Source: an uncultured virus (IMG/VR IMGVR_UViG_3300038805_000284) (taxonomy: Duplodnaviria > Heunggongvirae > Uroviricota > Caudoviricetes). Taken from it: a DNA stretch of 20,000 nucleotides. The first letter of the stretch is position 1. Each line of letters opens with the position of its first letter. Made by a program: the position numbers and the translations under genes. The notes under the pieces were generated by a model. It was not told the origin of the DNA. It was given only the letters and a program-made list of their open reading frames with translations, and searched no databases. The stretch is taken from IMG/VR virus record IMGVR_UViG_3300038805_000284. The stretch is one strand, 5' to 3'. Positions 1-9,633 of this stretch are shown piece by piece.

Positions 1-353
1 TTAAGAGGGTATTTTGCTTCTTTTTCCAATCTTTCTGCAACCTCCCCGAAAGCCTCCATAAGCCTATCGGCAGTGTCATATGCAGTAACTACAGGGAATG
101 TTAATATGTTTTCAGTACCTGCATCTGAACCATAATAAGCGTAGCAATTCCACTCACCATCATCTAACACTACTATAGCGAAACAGTCTTTCATGAAAGG
201 TCTAATAGGGCGAATTTTGTTCATATGGTTTGTTATTTTGTTTGAAGAAGTATCGTTCACATTGCAACCGTAGCAACGTGCTTCCCATTTTCCTGTAGAC
301 GGCACTATAAAGAAGTACCTACTCGAACAATGTTTGCATTCTTTCAGGAACAT
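1..353 (-). CDS. Zn-ribbon (CxxC..CxxC) hypothetical protein, runs off the left edge
   Basis: Not in the ORF track. Hand translation from ATG at 353 gives MFLKECKHCSSRYFFIVPSTGKWEARCYGC..., open to base 1, with a GAGGTG RBS upstream. Confidence 0.75.
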   Translation of the reverse strand, partial: MFLKECKHCSSRYFFIVPSTGKWEARCYGCNVNDTSSNKITNHMNKIRPIRPFMKDCFAIVVLDDGEWNCYAYYGSDAGTENILTFPVVTAYDTADRLMEAFGEVAERLEKEAKYPL

Positions 354-579
354 ACCCGTCACCTCTTTGCTTTGCAAGCCAATGCGAATATCGAATGTCT
401 AATTCGTTCATTGTCGCTTGAATCAGTGCCAACTTATCTTCTGGCGCATACAAAAGCATGGACGTAAGAGACCTTATCAAGGCATCCCATTCCTTTTCAG
501 TTATTTCAGGATCTCCCCTTTCCTGAAATACGTAGGAATCGTTTGCGTAAAGTTCCTTCATTGTGTCGGCATACGTCAT
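319..579 (-). CDS. hypothetical protein
   Basis: 86-aa ORF with AGGAG RBS, downstream of the promoter at 617-645. Confidence 0.75.
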   Translation of the reverse strand: MTYADTMKELYANDSYVFQERGDPEITEKEWDALIRSLTSMLLYAPEDKLALIQATMNELDIRYSHWLAKQRGDGYVPERMQTLFE

Positions 580-616
580 AGTAACTTCTCCTTACGTTAA
601 GGCCTCAATTGTTCTT

Positions 617-645
617 ATTTTACAGGAAATAGGGAAGGATTACAA
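617..645 (-). promoter_or_regulatory. sigma70-type promoter (shared-core family)
   Basis: TTGTAA-N17-TAAAAT on the minus strand; the + strand core TATTTTACAGGAAAT is identical at 3739 and 8881. Confidence 0.65.
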
Positions 646-652
646 GGTAATT

Positions 653-1513
653 TTAAGAGTTTTCGCAGTTAGGGGAAAAGTACAAAGTTTCTCTAGGGTC
701 TTTTTTGGACCAATGAATTTTCCGCCAACCTAATGGCAATAACGGTTCATATTCACCGTCAAAACCAGCCACAACAATCCTGTAATCACTTTTGTCACCG
801 TTACCGATACACCAATCAAGCACGTCCTGTTGTGGGGTGTCTTGCTTTGCGTACAGGTACCCTCTATCCGTGTATGGAGGATCTAAGAAGAATCCGTAAA
901 TAGAAGATTTAACGTCCCGTTTTCTCTTTATATCTACAGCAAGCTTCCAATCCTGGCACAAGATTTCACACTTCAAAAGTCTATCCTTATAATATTTTAT
1001 AAGTTCTCTCAGTTCCTGTTTGGCATGTTCTACGGATTCTTTTTCGTTGAAGGAAGTAATACTATGATATGTTCTGGTCATCTTCAACATGCCTTTTGGC
1101 CGTATGGAATTGATACGATTAAAAGATCCCGACACTGCATAAAGCCACTTCGCAGCAGCTTCCGAATCATAATAATCAATATCTTGCGCTAGTTTTTCCG
1201 CAACTTTTTGATTATCGCTGTCAAAGATTCTGCAAGCCGTGTAGTCAATGCTGCTACGCGGTCTTACAACCCAATCGATAATTTTTTCAGGATCTTTTTG
1301 AACGGATCTCCAAAAATTAACCAAATTTCCGTTTAAATCGTTTAGGATGGCTGTTTGGGATTGCCAGTATGGCGACAAGAACCAAACATCCCCGGAACCA
1401 AAGAACGGTTCACAATAGTATGTGATACCCCCCCCCAGTTCCTTCCAAATGATGTCGGCAGCTAGCGCTTTGCCGCCAATGTAATGAAATAATTTTTTAG
1501 GTCTTTTAATCAT
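653..1513 (-). CDS. DNA N6-adenine methyltransferase, Dam/D12 class
   Basis: FHYIGGK, YCEPFFGSG (motif I), ILNDLN, FLDPPY (motif IV). Confidence 0.9.
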   Translation of the reverse strand: MIKRPKKLFHYIGGKALAADIIWKELGGGITYYCEPFFGSGDVWFLSPYWQSQTAILNDLNGNLVNFWRSVQKDPEKIIDWVVRPRSSIDYTACRIFDSDNQKVAEKLAQDIDYYDSEAAAKWLYAVSGSFNRINSIRPKGMLKMTRTYHSITSFNEKESVEHAKQELRELIKYYKDRLLKCEILCQDWKLAVDIKRKRDVKSSIYGFFLDPPYTDRGYLYAKQDTPQQDVLDWCIGNGDKSDYRIVVAGFDGEYEPLLPLGWRKIHWSKKDPRETLYFSPNCENS

Positions 1514-1516
1514 AAT

Positions 1517-1894
1517 TCACCTTTTATAGACTTTTTTATTCCAAATTGCGAAATACAAACTTAATATGAATGAACACAGGTTGTAAAGTTCTCTTTCAGT
1601 AAATTCATCTTCATCTTTATCTAATATCGGCTTGTACAGCCATTTTTTATCAGACTTTCTAAATTCAACTGCCACATCTGTTTTTGGAAAGTATTTATTA
1701 AAGCTCAAATTTGATAACCACTTTGTTAAGTTTTCAGCCCTTTCATTGTGACAAATCGATACACAATTGCTGCAAACCATTCCCCAAAAACTGTAAGGAT
1801 CTTCTGAAATCTCTACATTATACAATGTATACTCAGTGCTTCCACAGTTTTTGCAGGGATCAAAATCAAAGTTTTCATAAAAGGAGGGTTTCAT
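1517..1894 (-). CDS. Zn-ribbon protein (Lar-like motif spacing)
   Basis: PCKNCGS...GMVCSNC; co-oriented with neighbours. Confidence 0.7.
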   Translation of the reverse strand: MKPSFYENFDFDPCKNCGSTEYTLYNVEISEDPYSFWGMVCSNCVSICHNERAENLTKWLSNLSFNKYFPKTDVAVEFRKSDKKWLYKPILDKDEDEFTERELYNLCSFILSLYFAIWNKKVYKR

Positions 1895-1919
1895 GGGAAA
1901 AGTTATTGGAAGGAGATAC

Positions 1920-2096
1920 CTAAACTTCGTACTCGTGCTTATTCTTTTTAACGCTCAAAACAGATGCGTAAATACGTTGAGTAAACCAAACTTCGTTAAA
2001 TATAGGGAACGCCACATTACAATACTCTAGATCATCTGCGTAAAGTTTGTAATACCATTCGTTTAGCAGTGGATGTTTTTTTGTATTTTTTAACAT
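1920..2096 (-). CDS. small hypothetical protein (58 aa)
   Basis: Hand translation MLKNTKKHPLLNEWYYKLYADDLEY...HEYEV*; fills the gap between tRNA-Tyr and the next gene. Confidence 0.5.
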   Translation of the reverse strand: MLKNTKKHPLLNEWYYKLYADDLEYCNVAFPIFNEVWFTQRIYASVLSVKKNKHEYEV

Positions 2097-2137
2097 TGTG
2101 TTAAATGCCTTTCTCGCTAAATTTCTTTTTAGCGTTA

Positions 2138-2222
<85 letters not shown>

Positions 2223-2228
2223 TAAATT

Positions 2229-2534
2229 TCAAAGTTCAATATCAGAGTTCAGAAGTGAAAGGATGTCATACCCTTCTCTTTCAACAACTTTCTTGCCATC
2301 CTCTGTGTTTAGGATCATCATAACTTTCCACTTTTGATCTTCTTCTTTCACTCCGAAAATCTCTCTTTCCAGGTTAACATGGGTTATGTAATGTTTATCT
2401 AAAAAAAATTTTTCTACAACATCCAATACAGGATCGTCATACAGGCTTCCGCATTCGTCGCAGATTGCGACAACTTTTTTGCGATACCTTCGGACAAATA
2501 TGGACCTACTAGCGCATTCAGGACATAATTTCAT
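2229..2534 (-). CDS. Zn-ribbon protein
   Basis: MKLCPECAS...AICDECGS; AAGGAG RBS. Confidence 0.75.
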   Translation of the reverse strand: MKLCPECASRSIFVRRYRKKVVAICDECGSLYDDPVLDVVEKFFLDKHYITHVNLEREIFGVKEEDQKWKVMMILNTEDGKKVVEREGYDILSLLNSDIEL

Positions 2535-2616
2535 GAAAACTTCTCCTTTGAAGGGTAAAAACCATACAGTACCTTACCACAAGTATTTCATACTGTAAAT
2601 ACGTAAAATGACTTTT

Positions 2617-2808
2617 TTAAATTTTAGCCATTTTTAAAGACTTTTTCAGCGATTCTATCAGTTTTGTAAGGCTTTTTGCGGATTTTGTAAAGTGCTTGTA
2701 GTCCATTTCAATCCCTGAATTCGAAACTAGGGTAAATACCTCGGAAAGTTCTAATGAAATATTTTCAAGTTTTGACAAGGACTTATTGATATTTTTGTTG
2801 TCGTACAT
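2617..2808 (-). CDS. small helical hypothetical protein
   Basis: 63-aa ORF with AAGGG RBS. Confidence 0.6.
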   Translation of the reverse strand: MYDNKNINKSLSKLENISLELSEVFTLVSNSGIEMDYKHFTKSAKSLTKLIESLKKSLKMAKI

Positions 2809-2833
2809 TTATCCCTTTCAATCCGGTGCATTG

Positions 2834-3028
2834 TCAATTGAGTGTTTTTTTATTTACTGCCCTCTTATATTTATAAGTCTCTACTTTCCCTTTCCCTTTA
2901 GGCCAACTATATGCCATCAATCTCGCATCCCTTCTTGCGGCTTTAAAAGAATTTAACCATGGAGAACTTTCCACGATCTCATTATCTACATAAACATGAG
3001 CCCTGTACATTACCATTTCCTCAGTCAT
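2834..3028 (-). CDS. small hypothetical protein (possible YegP/DUF1508-like fold)
   Basis: ATGA overlap with the upstream gene; YRAHVYVDNEIVESSPWLNSFKAARRDA. Confidence 0.65.
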   Translation of the reverse strand: MTEEMVMYRAHVYVDNEIVESSPWLNSFKAARRDARLMAYSWPKGKGKVETYKYKRAVNKKTLN

Positions 3029-3651
3029 AGGTGCATCCTTCCTTCTACTACAAATTTCGTCTCTTCATGTATGCTTTCCATTTTTCGAAAAGATTCTCTT
3101 TTTTCATCTTCTGAAACATCAACCCCAAACAACGAAGCATACATTAGAGTTTCTTGATATTTGTGCAAAGAATACAATAAAGCATCGGCAGATAAATAGC
3201 CGTAAGATATTGAAGTTTTTCCAATATATGCGCGGAATTTCCAAACACCGTTTTCATTCTTGAAAGCAACAATAAATGATATTTTTGCATCCCTGGCTTT
3301 TGTGAAAATTTTCCTTAACGTCTTGCTTTGATGCCTCTTTCCGCAATGGTGGCAAAAGAAACCTTTACTTGGTCCACGTTTTCCTTTTGTAGTTTTTTTA
3401 ATGGAAATGTTGTTAGCAACAAAATGATTTGAACCGCAATCTTTACACGGCTTAATAAGCTTAGTCGAGAAGTTTAAGTTTACCCCGGACACTTCTACGA
3501 TTCCATACTCCGCACCATGCTTTTTAATTAGCCTCTTCAACGCCTTAGACGCACTTTCTCTTGCCTTATAATTGAAAGTACAACTAATTGGGTGACCGTT
3601 GTCGCTGTAGGCGATTCCACGCCATTTTAGGCCAGTTTCGTTAACCGTCAT
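3025..3651 (-). CDS. two-module protein: YegP-like N-terminus plus Zn ribbon
   Basis: KWRGIAYSDNGHPISCTFNYKARESASKAL; PCKDCGS...FFCHHCG. Confidence 0.7.
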   Translation of the reverse strand: MTVNETGLKWRGIAYSDNGHPISCTFNYKARESASKALKRLIKKHGAEYGIVEVSGVNLNFSTKLIKPCKDCGSNHFVANNISIKKTTKGKRGPSKGFFCHHCGKRHQSKTLRKIFTKARDAKISFIVAFKNENGVWKFRAYIGKTSISYGYLSADALLYSLHKYQETLMYASLFGVDVSEDEKRESFRKMESIHEETKFVVEGRMHL

Positions 3652-3739
3652 GTTACTCTTCCCTTTCTAAAATTCCGTACAAAGAATCAATTATTTCGTA
3701 AACATCTCCACTCAACTAAAAATGAAGTTTACAGGGACT

Positions 3740-3768
3740 ATTTTACAGGAAATTGTTCAGGAAGTCAA
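3740..3768 (-). promoter_or_regulatory. sigma70-type promoter (shared-core family)
   Basis: TTGACT-N17-TAAAAT on the minus strand. Confidence 0.7.
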
Positions 3769-3776
3769 TAGAAAAG

Positions 3777-4118
3777 CTACTCTAAGAGGAAATCTGTGCA
3801 GTCCCCATGTCGAAGGATAAGCCGAAATTCGTTGATCATGGATTTTGCTAGAGTTTCCAGGCTGTAAGCCTCATCTGTGCTTTTGAAAAGATCTCTTGAG
3901 TAATCACGTGTTAAACTACTCAACAGGACTCGCTTTGTTGTTTCGCGGCCATTCATAAATTCTTTTCGGTACAGCTTAAGTTTGCCAAGATTCATTACGT
4001 GTATGCTGTGCATCTCCACAAAGTCTTGAGACTCTTTACGAAACTTTAACATACTTTCATCAAACTCATTATCGTCTAATGTGAACATTTCAGGTTTTGT
4101 TTTTGTGTTTTTGTTCAT
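3777..4118 (-). CDS. hypothetical protein
   Basis: 113-aa ORF with AAGGAG upstream. Confidence 0.7.
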   Translation of the reverse strand: MNKNTKTKPEMFTLDDNEFDESMLKFRKESQDFVEMHSIHVMNLGKLKLYRKEFMNGRETTKRVLLSSLTRDYSRDLFKSTDEAYSLETLAKSMINEFRLILRHGDCTDFLLE

Positions 4119-4671
4119 TCTCGTTTGTCTCCTTTCTGCCCCAATCCCTTACGTCCCGTATGTTTATTGACTTGTATGATTTTTTCGGCTCATTAAAGTA
4201 TTTGAGTAAAACACTCCTGTAAACCTCTTCTTTAGCTTTATCAGGTAAAGTTTCAAATACTTCATACGGAACTTCGCTTAGTCTTTTTATGATGAACTCT
4301 ATAAAACTTTCGTTAACCTCTCTGTAATGGAATCCTCTTAAGTTTAAAATATCGTCAAATAAGAACCTGCTAATATGGGATTGGAATATGTTTCCGAATT
4401 CGATAGGTTCTAAACTTTTGTCGAAAAATTGCCAGTAAACCGATACTGTTTCAGCTTCACCGAATACTTCAATAGTTGTTGAAATGTTCGAAAATACAGG
4501 TTTTGATGATTCTCTTATGGCATTCAGTACGTCTAGGCAATCCTTATGCCAAACGTACGCGACAGGCTCTCCACAATTACCGCATGTGCAAGTAGGTTTA
4601 TCGTGAACATTCCTAAATCGAAATATTCTCGACTTATTGCAATGATTGCACTGCAATTTTTTACTACTCAT
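4090..4671 (-). CDS. Zn-ribbon protein
   Basis: QCNHCNKS...TCGNCGE; GGAGG RBS. Confidence 0.75.
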   Translation of the reverse strand: MSSKKLQCNHCNKSRIFRFRNVHDKPTCTCGNCGEPVAYVWHKDCLDVLNAIRESSKPVFSNISTTIEVFGEAETVSVYWQFFDKSLEPIEFGNIFQSHISRFLFDDILNLRGFHYREVNESFIEFIIKRLSEVPYEVFETLPDKAKEEVYRSVLLKYFNEPKKSYKSINIRDVRDWGRKETNENEQKHKNKT

Positions 4672-5035
4672 TTTTCTGCCTCCAACTGTACGGGTCTAGT
4701 ACGCATGATTCTAACTCCCATATTAAATGTCTTGCGTCACGAACCGTAAAGGTAATTTCAGGATACTTTTTAAAGGTGACGGTAACTTCAAACGATTTGT
4801 TTGGGCATACGATACGTAATAGGGTTCTAAGAAAATGAGGCTTTATTCGAACAGAGACAATGTTATGATCTAAGCTTTTCTCAAGAGGCTCCGTTAGCTT
4901 GTTGATCAAGTCCCCAAAGATCCTACGCCTGCAATTCGGGCATACTGCAAGCCAATCGTTTATGTACGAAACTTTCAGGGTAATTCCTTTTGAGCCGCAT
5001 TTGCATTTAATGTCGCTTAATTCATCCATTATCAT
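4664..5035 (-). CDS. Zn-ribbon protein
   Basis: KCKCGS...WLAVCPNC; ATGA overlap. Confidence 0.75.
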   Translation of the reverse strand: MIMDELSDIKCKCGSKGITLKVSYINDWLAVCPNCRRRIFGDLINKLTEPLEKSLDHNIVSVRIKPHFLRTLLRIVCPNKSFEVTVTFKKYPEITFTVRDARHLIWELESCVLDPYSWRQKNE

Positions 5036-5640
5036 AATTCCCGTTCAGTATTTTGGGAAAGCTTCATGTAATTTTTCTCCCTTTCCCACATAGATTCTTG
5101 AGAAATAACTTCTGGATTTCCATCCGGCTTATATGCTTCTAAGACATTCTTAACAATACGATTCACAGAAGTAACAGGGAACCAAATCCAATCTTTATGT
5201 TTTCGGCTATAAATAATGCCCGTCCAACCTTTACGGGTATCTTTATCGTAGTACTTAAACGATACGAACCTAGATGCGGATTTTAACCCAATACTGTCTA
5301 GTGCTTTCCTTAGTTCGTTTTTAAGAAGAGTGTATTCAGGAACAGTATAATAAGGACCCCACCCACACACACGGCATTCAGGATATACCCATGATCCCTC
5401 TTTATTAAAAGTAAACTCCATTGAAGGGCAGCCTATTTTTTTACATGACCACCATATAGGGTAGATCTGCTCTAAGGGATCTTCTGAATGCCTCCTTATA
5501 GGACCGTATTGTTTTGATTTGTTAATGAGATTATGTCGGTATGAGAAATTCACCCCATAGTAACCTAATACATTATCAATGGAATACGGATCTAATCCGC
5601 CCCTTGTATTGAAATAATCATTGTACGGTATTTTAACCAT
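5032..5640 (-). CDS. protein with an internal Zn ribbon
   Basis: SCKKIGC...PECRVCG. Confidence 0.7.
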   Translation of the reverse strand: MVKIPYNDYFNTRGGLDPYSIDNVLGYYGVNFSYRHNLINKSKQYGPIRRHSEDPLEQIYPIWWSCKKIGCPSMEFTFNKEGSWVYPECRVCGWGPYYTVPEYTLLKNELRKALDSIGLKSASRFVSFKYYDKDTRKGWTGIIYSRKHKDWIWFPVTSVNRIVKNVLEAYKPDGNPEVISQESMWEREKNYMKLSQNTEREL

Positions 5641-5711
5641 TACTCGCCCCTACTTGAGTTTACGTAAACAACTTTCATAATCTTTCTACTATTTTTTTTG
5701 AACCTTTTCAA

Positions 5712-6080
5712 TCATTTTACTTCTGTCCAATCGTAATTGTAATGTCCTATAAGGGTTGACAACTTCATAACGTCTTTTTTAGGCATTTTTAAAGTAATTT
5801 CAGGGCGCTTAACTGCCATACACACGTTTCCGTAATAAGCACGTTTTAAGAAGTCGGTTAGAATATCTTTAAAGTTATCTTCGCCATCTACATACCTGTA
5901 ACTGAAAACTACCCACTCTTCATCAAACTCCACCAGCAAAAAGAATGGTTTCTCCCAACCACACCTCCAAAGCAAACTTTCAACATTTTTCAACTTTTTG
6001 TTTGAATGCTCTTTCTCTACTTCTTTTATGTTCTTTTTTATAGTTTCGAGAAACTTAATACCCAATTTAGCCTCAAGCAT
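5712..6080 (-). CDS. hypothetical protein
   Basis: 122-aa ORF overlapping the upstream stop. Confidence 0.7.
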   Translation of the reverse strand: MLEAKLGIKFLETIKKNIKEVEKEHSNKKLKNVESLLWRCGWEKPFFLLVEFDEEWVVFSYRYVDGEDNFKDILTDFLKRAYYGNVCMAVKRPEITLKMPKKDVMKLSTLIGHYNYDWTEVK

Positions 6081-6336
6081 TTGAACCGTCCATTGAATCT
6101 TTTTTTATTTTCTTTTTTCGAAGTTCTATTTTTAGCTGTGCTTGTGCAGTCGATAACATGCTATAGGCTAACCCTATAACTTCCCATGCCTGATACAAAA
6201 CAGCATCTTCACCAAAATATTCTTCAATTTTTATTTCTGCCCTATTACCTGACAGTATGGACATAGCTTTATTGCAACTGTCCCTGCTTTCTTGGACTGA
6301 ACAGATAGCCTCGTAAATTTTCTCTTCTGTGATCAT
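6073..6336 (-). CDS. helical hypothetical protein
   Basis: 87 aa, ATGA overlap, GAGGA RBS. Confidence 0.7.
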   Translation of the reverse strand: MITEEKIYEAICSVQESRDSCNKAMSILSGNRAEIKIEEYFGEDAVLYQAWEVIGLAYSMLSTAQAQLKIELRKKKIKKDSMDGSNA

Positions 6337-6650
6337 TTTACGACATCCTCTTTATTCAAAGAGGTTACCGTTGATTGTTCAGAATTGATATAATTCTTAT
6401 AGGATTCTAGGTACTGAATAATATCGTTTAACGGAATAATATCGACACCGGTATCATGTAAAAACAGCTTCGCCCATTTGCACCCCATTAAAGCAGATGC
6501 CAACTCATTACTTGCAGATTCTAACAAGTCTTTTCTCGTTAATTCCTTATCCCAAGGTTTCATTTTAATAATCTTTGAATCTAGTATAATGAATCCAGCA
6601 AAAATTAACAGGAGTAAAACCACAGAACACCATAACACTTTTGGGTTCAC
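6333..6650 (-). CDS. hypothetical protein, possible N-terminal membrane anchor (start uncertain)
   Basis: Hydrophobic VLWCSVVLLLLIFAGFIIL stretch followed by a helical domain. Confidence 0.6.
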   Translation of the reverse strand: MNPKVLWCSVVLLLLIFAGFIILDSKIIKMKPWDKELTRKDLLESASNELASALMGCKWAKLFLHDTGVDIIPLNDIIQYLESYKNYINSEQSTVTSLNKEDVVK

Positions 6651-6713
6651 TACTTCACTGGAAGTTTGTTTTTGTTCATTTCCATGTTAAATATACTTTC
6701 AAAAGTTACTTAG

Positions 6714-6787
6714 CACGCCCTGTAGGATTCGAACCTACGACATTCGGCTTAGAAGGCCGATGCTCTATCCAACTGAGCTAAGGGCGC
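6714..6787 (-). tRNA. trnR: tRNA-Arg (anticodon TCT), followed by CTA rather than CCA
   Basis: Acceptor GCGCCCT/AGGGCGT+G, D arm GCTC..GAGC, anticodon arm TCGGC-CTTCTAA-GCCGA, T arm GTAGG-TTCGAAT-CCTAC. Confidence 0.97.
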
Positions 6788-6800
6788 GTTCCGTGGTCTA

Positions 6801-6830
6801 ATTATAAACCTATTTTCAAGGTTTTGTCAA
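6801..6830 (-). promoter_or_regulatory. consensus sigma70 promoter for tRNA-Arg
   Basis: TTGACA-N18-TATAAT ending 13 nt upstream of the tRNA. Confidence 0.75.
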
Positions 6831-7084
6831 GGATTTTCAGCAAATTCTTTAACCCCTTTCGACATTTCTTCTCTTTCCTTTTTGCGAATTTCCGAAAGAA
6901 ATTCATTCTTTCGTTCCCATACAAGGATGCTTAAGTAATCGACCTCATCTCTCAACTTTTCAATACTTTTAGCCAATTCGGGACAAGTTGTTAATTGAGC
7001 AGCTTCAGCAATCGCAGAATCTGCGCGTATCAGCGCAACATCTGCATCCCGTTCACGTTCAAATTTTTCACGTATCTTGTCCAT
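6827..7084 (-). CDS. coiled-coil hypothetical protein
   Basis: 85 aa, GGAGG RBS. Confidence 0.7.
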   Translation of the reverse strand: MDKIREKFERERDADVALIRADSAIAEAAQLTTCPELAKSIEKLRDEVDYLSILVWERKNEFLSEIRKKEREEMSKGVKEFAENP

Positions 7085-7236
7085 TTAACTTGACAACCTC
7101 CTCCCCTCTTCACGGTAATTTTGTAACAGCATAATATATGTCTCGTTACTCATTATTCCCTTCACTTACACTCTTTTTGCGTCTTTGTGACATCGCTTAA
7201 TCATTGTCGCAAATTACACAGCGCCAATACGGCTCA

Positions 7237-7491
7237 TCATCTGTATCGGGTTCGCATATTCTCACGGGTGATAAAGAACGCATCATCCGATAAAGCACTG
7301 GCTTCCTCTCTAGCAAGATCTACCTCTTCACGTAACCCTCTAATTTTATTGATAAACCGGTTTGCACTTATACTGCCAACATCTTCTAATACCTCTACAG
7401 ATCTGCCCAACACATCCTGTGCAGCATCAATATGCAGTTCTGCCCGTGAATACAACTTAAACATTTCAAAACTATTATTCATTTCTTCCAA
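7237..7491 (-). CDS. helical hypothetical protein
   Basis: 84 aa; GLREEVD resembles KLRDEVD of 6827..7084. Confidence 0.65.
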   Translation of the reverse strand: MEEMNNSFEMFKLYSRAELHIDAAQDVLGRSVEVLEDVGSISANRFINKIRGLREEVDLAREEASALSDDAFFITRENMRTRYR

Positions 7492-7493
7492 GC

Positions 7494-7718
7494 CTATTCA
7501 TCAATAGTGTACGCGATATTACGATCATACCTGATACGGCACAAATCATTACGGGTCGCCATTAAACATTTAGAAATATCAACAAGCAAAAGCTTCAATG
7601 AATCTGTAGAAATTCTTATGTCGCTTAAAGCATCATACGGTGTTTCAATTGCTTCAGGATCTAATGCCCTTACTATATTCCGCAACTCATCAAACACTGT
7701 TTTTCGTTTATCTGTCAT
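7494..7718 (-). CDS. hypothetical protein
   Basis: 74 aa, GGGAGG RBS. Confidence 0.7.
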   Translation of the reverse strand: MTDKRKTVFDELRNIVRALDPEAIETPYDALSDIRISTDSLKLLLVDISKCLMATRNDLCRIRYDRNIAYTIDE

Positions 7719-7933
7719 TTTTCAGGCCTCCCTATCCTTAATGAATCCTTCAATGAATTTTTCCAACGAAAAGTACCGACGGCACTACCTGGTCTTCACC
7801 CGTTTTAGTGGACAGAAAGGATTACCGTCGTCTTCACCGGTAAAGTAGATATGCATCCGGCTGACTTTCTGCCCCGTACGCTCCTCAAGTAAGCAATGGA
7901 CTGTTCACAATTTGCAAAGTTATGCATCATTTT

Positions 7934-8662
7934 TTACCTCCAAGGTTTCAATTTCCCTGCCAAAGATTCGTGAACAAATAATTTTTCACAAGTTTCCGTT
8001 GTTGTTCCGCTTCCATCATGCACAAAGGTTCTACCTTTCATTTCCTTAACAGTAATGAAATCTTCTGGTGAATTAAATTCTGAAATCACCACCATATTGT
8101 TTCGGCTCCACTTCCTCATGACATTCCAAAACAAATCATGATCAAATTTTTCTATCCTGTCATACGGCTTTGTATTTTCATATGGAGGATCACAGTAAAC
8201 TAATTTGTTGTCCGGCGCATAACTTAAATAGCTGCCATGCGTGAAAGTAACGTCTTTCAGTTTTTCCAACTTTCTTAATAAAGAGTTTTTCGCCACCAAT
8301 GCAAAGTTTCTATCAGTACCGTCTCTCTCTTTTTGTCTGGCAAAACCTTGCATAAACCTTCCACCATACGTACACCCGAAACCGATAAACGCTGTCAAAG
8401 GATCATTTTCAGGCATTTTTTCTTTGTACTCCCTGAACATTTCTTCTGAAACATTGTCAGGCGGTATCCAGCCATCCTGCAATGCCTTCCACATAGTGAT
8501 TAAATGGCTGTTAATGTCGCTTGCGTGCCGTTTCCCGGACATTTCGATGGTTACCCAGGCCCCGCCAACAAACGGCTCAAAATAGTCCCTAGAGCCTCTT
8601 ACGGACTCTAAGTATTCTGCGACTTGTTTTCGGATCAAAAATTTGCCGCCAACGTATCTCAT
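7934..8662 (-). CDS. DNA N6-adenine methyltransferase, Dam/D12 class
   Basis: MRYVGGK, YFEPFVGGA, SDIN, VYCDPPY, VVISE. Confidence 0.92.
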   Translation of the reverse strand: MRYVGGKFLIRKQVAEYLESVRGSRDYFEPFVGGAWVTIEMSGKRHASDINSHLITMWKALQDGWIPPDNVSEEMFREYKEKMPENDPLTAFIGFGCTYGGRFMQGFARQKERDGTDRNFALVAKNSLLRKLEKLKDVTFTHGSYLSYAPDNKLVYCDPPYENTKPYDRIEKFDHDLFWNVMRKWSRNNMVVISEFNSPEDFITVKEMKGRTFVHDGSGTTTETCEKLFVHESLAGKLKPWR

Positions 8663-8835
8663 TACTTCTTAACTTTCTTGGACTTTTGGATTTGCATTCC
8701 AAGAACCTCTTCAGGTTCTTGGAATATGTTTTTCAGATTGTTTACAGCACGTCTTACAGAAGGTAAGTGGCTGTAGTTTGATGTGGTGGCGACAAGAGTT
8801 CCGTTCCTGTAAACTTCTCCATAATAAACACGCAT
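8662..8835 (-). CDS. small hypothetical protein (57 aa; start moved to the ATG at 8835)
   Basis: GAAAGG RBS before MRVYYGEVYRNG...; the longer ORF-track start overlaps the promoter at 8882-8910. Confidence 0.65.
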   Translation of the reverse strand: MRVYYGEVYRNGTLVATTSNYSHLPSVRRAVNNLKNIFQEPEEVLGMQIQKSKKVKK

Positions 8836-8881
8836 AAATTTGAACCTTTCGGTTATGTGTTTTTTGAAGCCGATTATGAGT

Positions 8882-8910
8882 ATTTTACAGGAAATTGGGA
8901 AGAATTGCAA
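8882..8910 (-). promoter_or_regulatory. sigma70-type promoter (shared-core family)
   Basis: TTGCAA-N17-TAAAAT on the minus strand. Confidence 0.65.
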
Positions 8911-8927
8911 GGAAAATTGCAGGTTTT

Positions 8928-9633
8928 TTAGTCGTTTTCAAGGGAACGTTTCTTTTTTAAAAAATCCCTGTGATCTTCGAAAAGTCTTTCTAAATCACGT
9001 CTGTTCAAGGTTATTCCTGACTTGTTTGATTCTGCTTCATATTCATCACAAAGATTTTCAAGTTCTTGATCTGTGGAATCGAAACGAACATCATCAATCA
9101 TTGCCCAGTAAACCCAATCTTCTAAATGTTCGCCTGAGAGTTCAGGGAAGCCTTCTGTAGAATTGTTTGCCTGCCTGTCAACACGGTCTTGTCGATAATA
9201 GTTTTCACCCGTGTCGACAAGGGAACGTTTCTTTTTTAAAAAATCCCTGTGATCTTCGAAAAGTCTTTCTAAATCACGTCTGTTCAAGGTTATTCCTGAC
9301 TTGTTTGATTCTGCTTCATATTCATCACAAAGATTTTCAAGTTCNNNNNNNNNNNNNNNNNNNNNNNNNNNNNNNNNNNNNNNNNNNNNNNNNNNNNNNN
9401 NNNNNNNNNNNNNNNNNNNNNNNNNNNNNNNNNNNNNNNNNNNNTTGATCTGTGGAATCGAAACGAACATCATCAATCATTGCCCAGTAAACCCAATCTT
9501 CTAAATGTTCGCCTGAGAGTTCAGGGAAGCCTTCTGTAGAGGCGAACCTTCTTTGATCTAATTTATAGTACATATTTGAAACTCCTGTGTTCAATTCTTG
9601 GGCGAACCTTCTTTGATCTAATTTATAGTACAT
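8928..9633 (-). CDS. acidic protein with a tandemly duplicated ~74-aa domain, spanning the N gap
   Basis: Removing the 100 Ns joins ORFs 9337..9633 and 8928..9476 into one 201-aa frame; AGGAG RBS. Confidence 0.65.
8939..9540. repeat. two identical 223-bp direct repeats (8939-9161 and 9218-9540, the latter containing the N gap)
   Basis: Base-by-base identity; the Ns sit between bases that are contiguous in copy 1 (GTTC|TTGAT). Confidence 0.9.

Noticed and set aside
8939..9540. Diversity-generating retroelement TR/VR pair
   Set aside because: The copies are identical with no adenine-specific mismatches, and there is no reverse transcriptase in the window.
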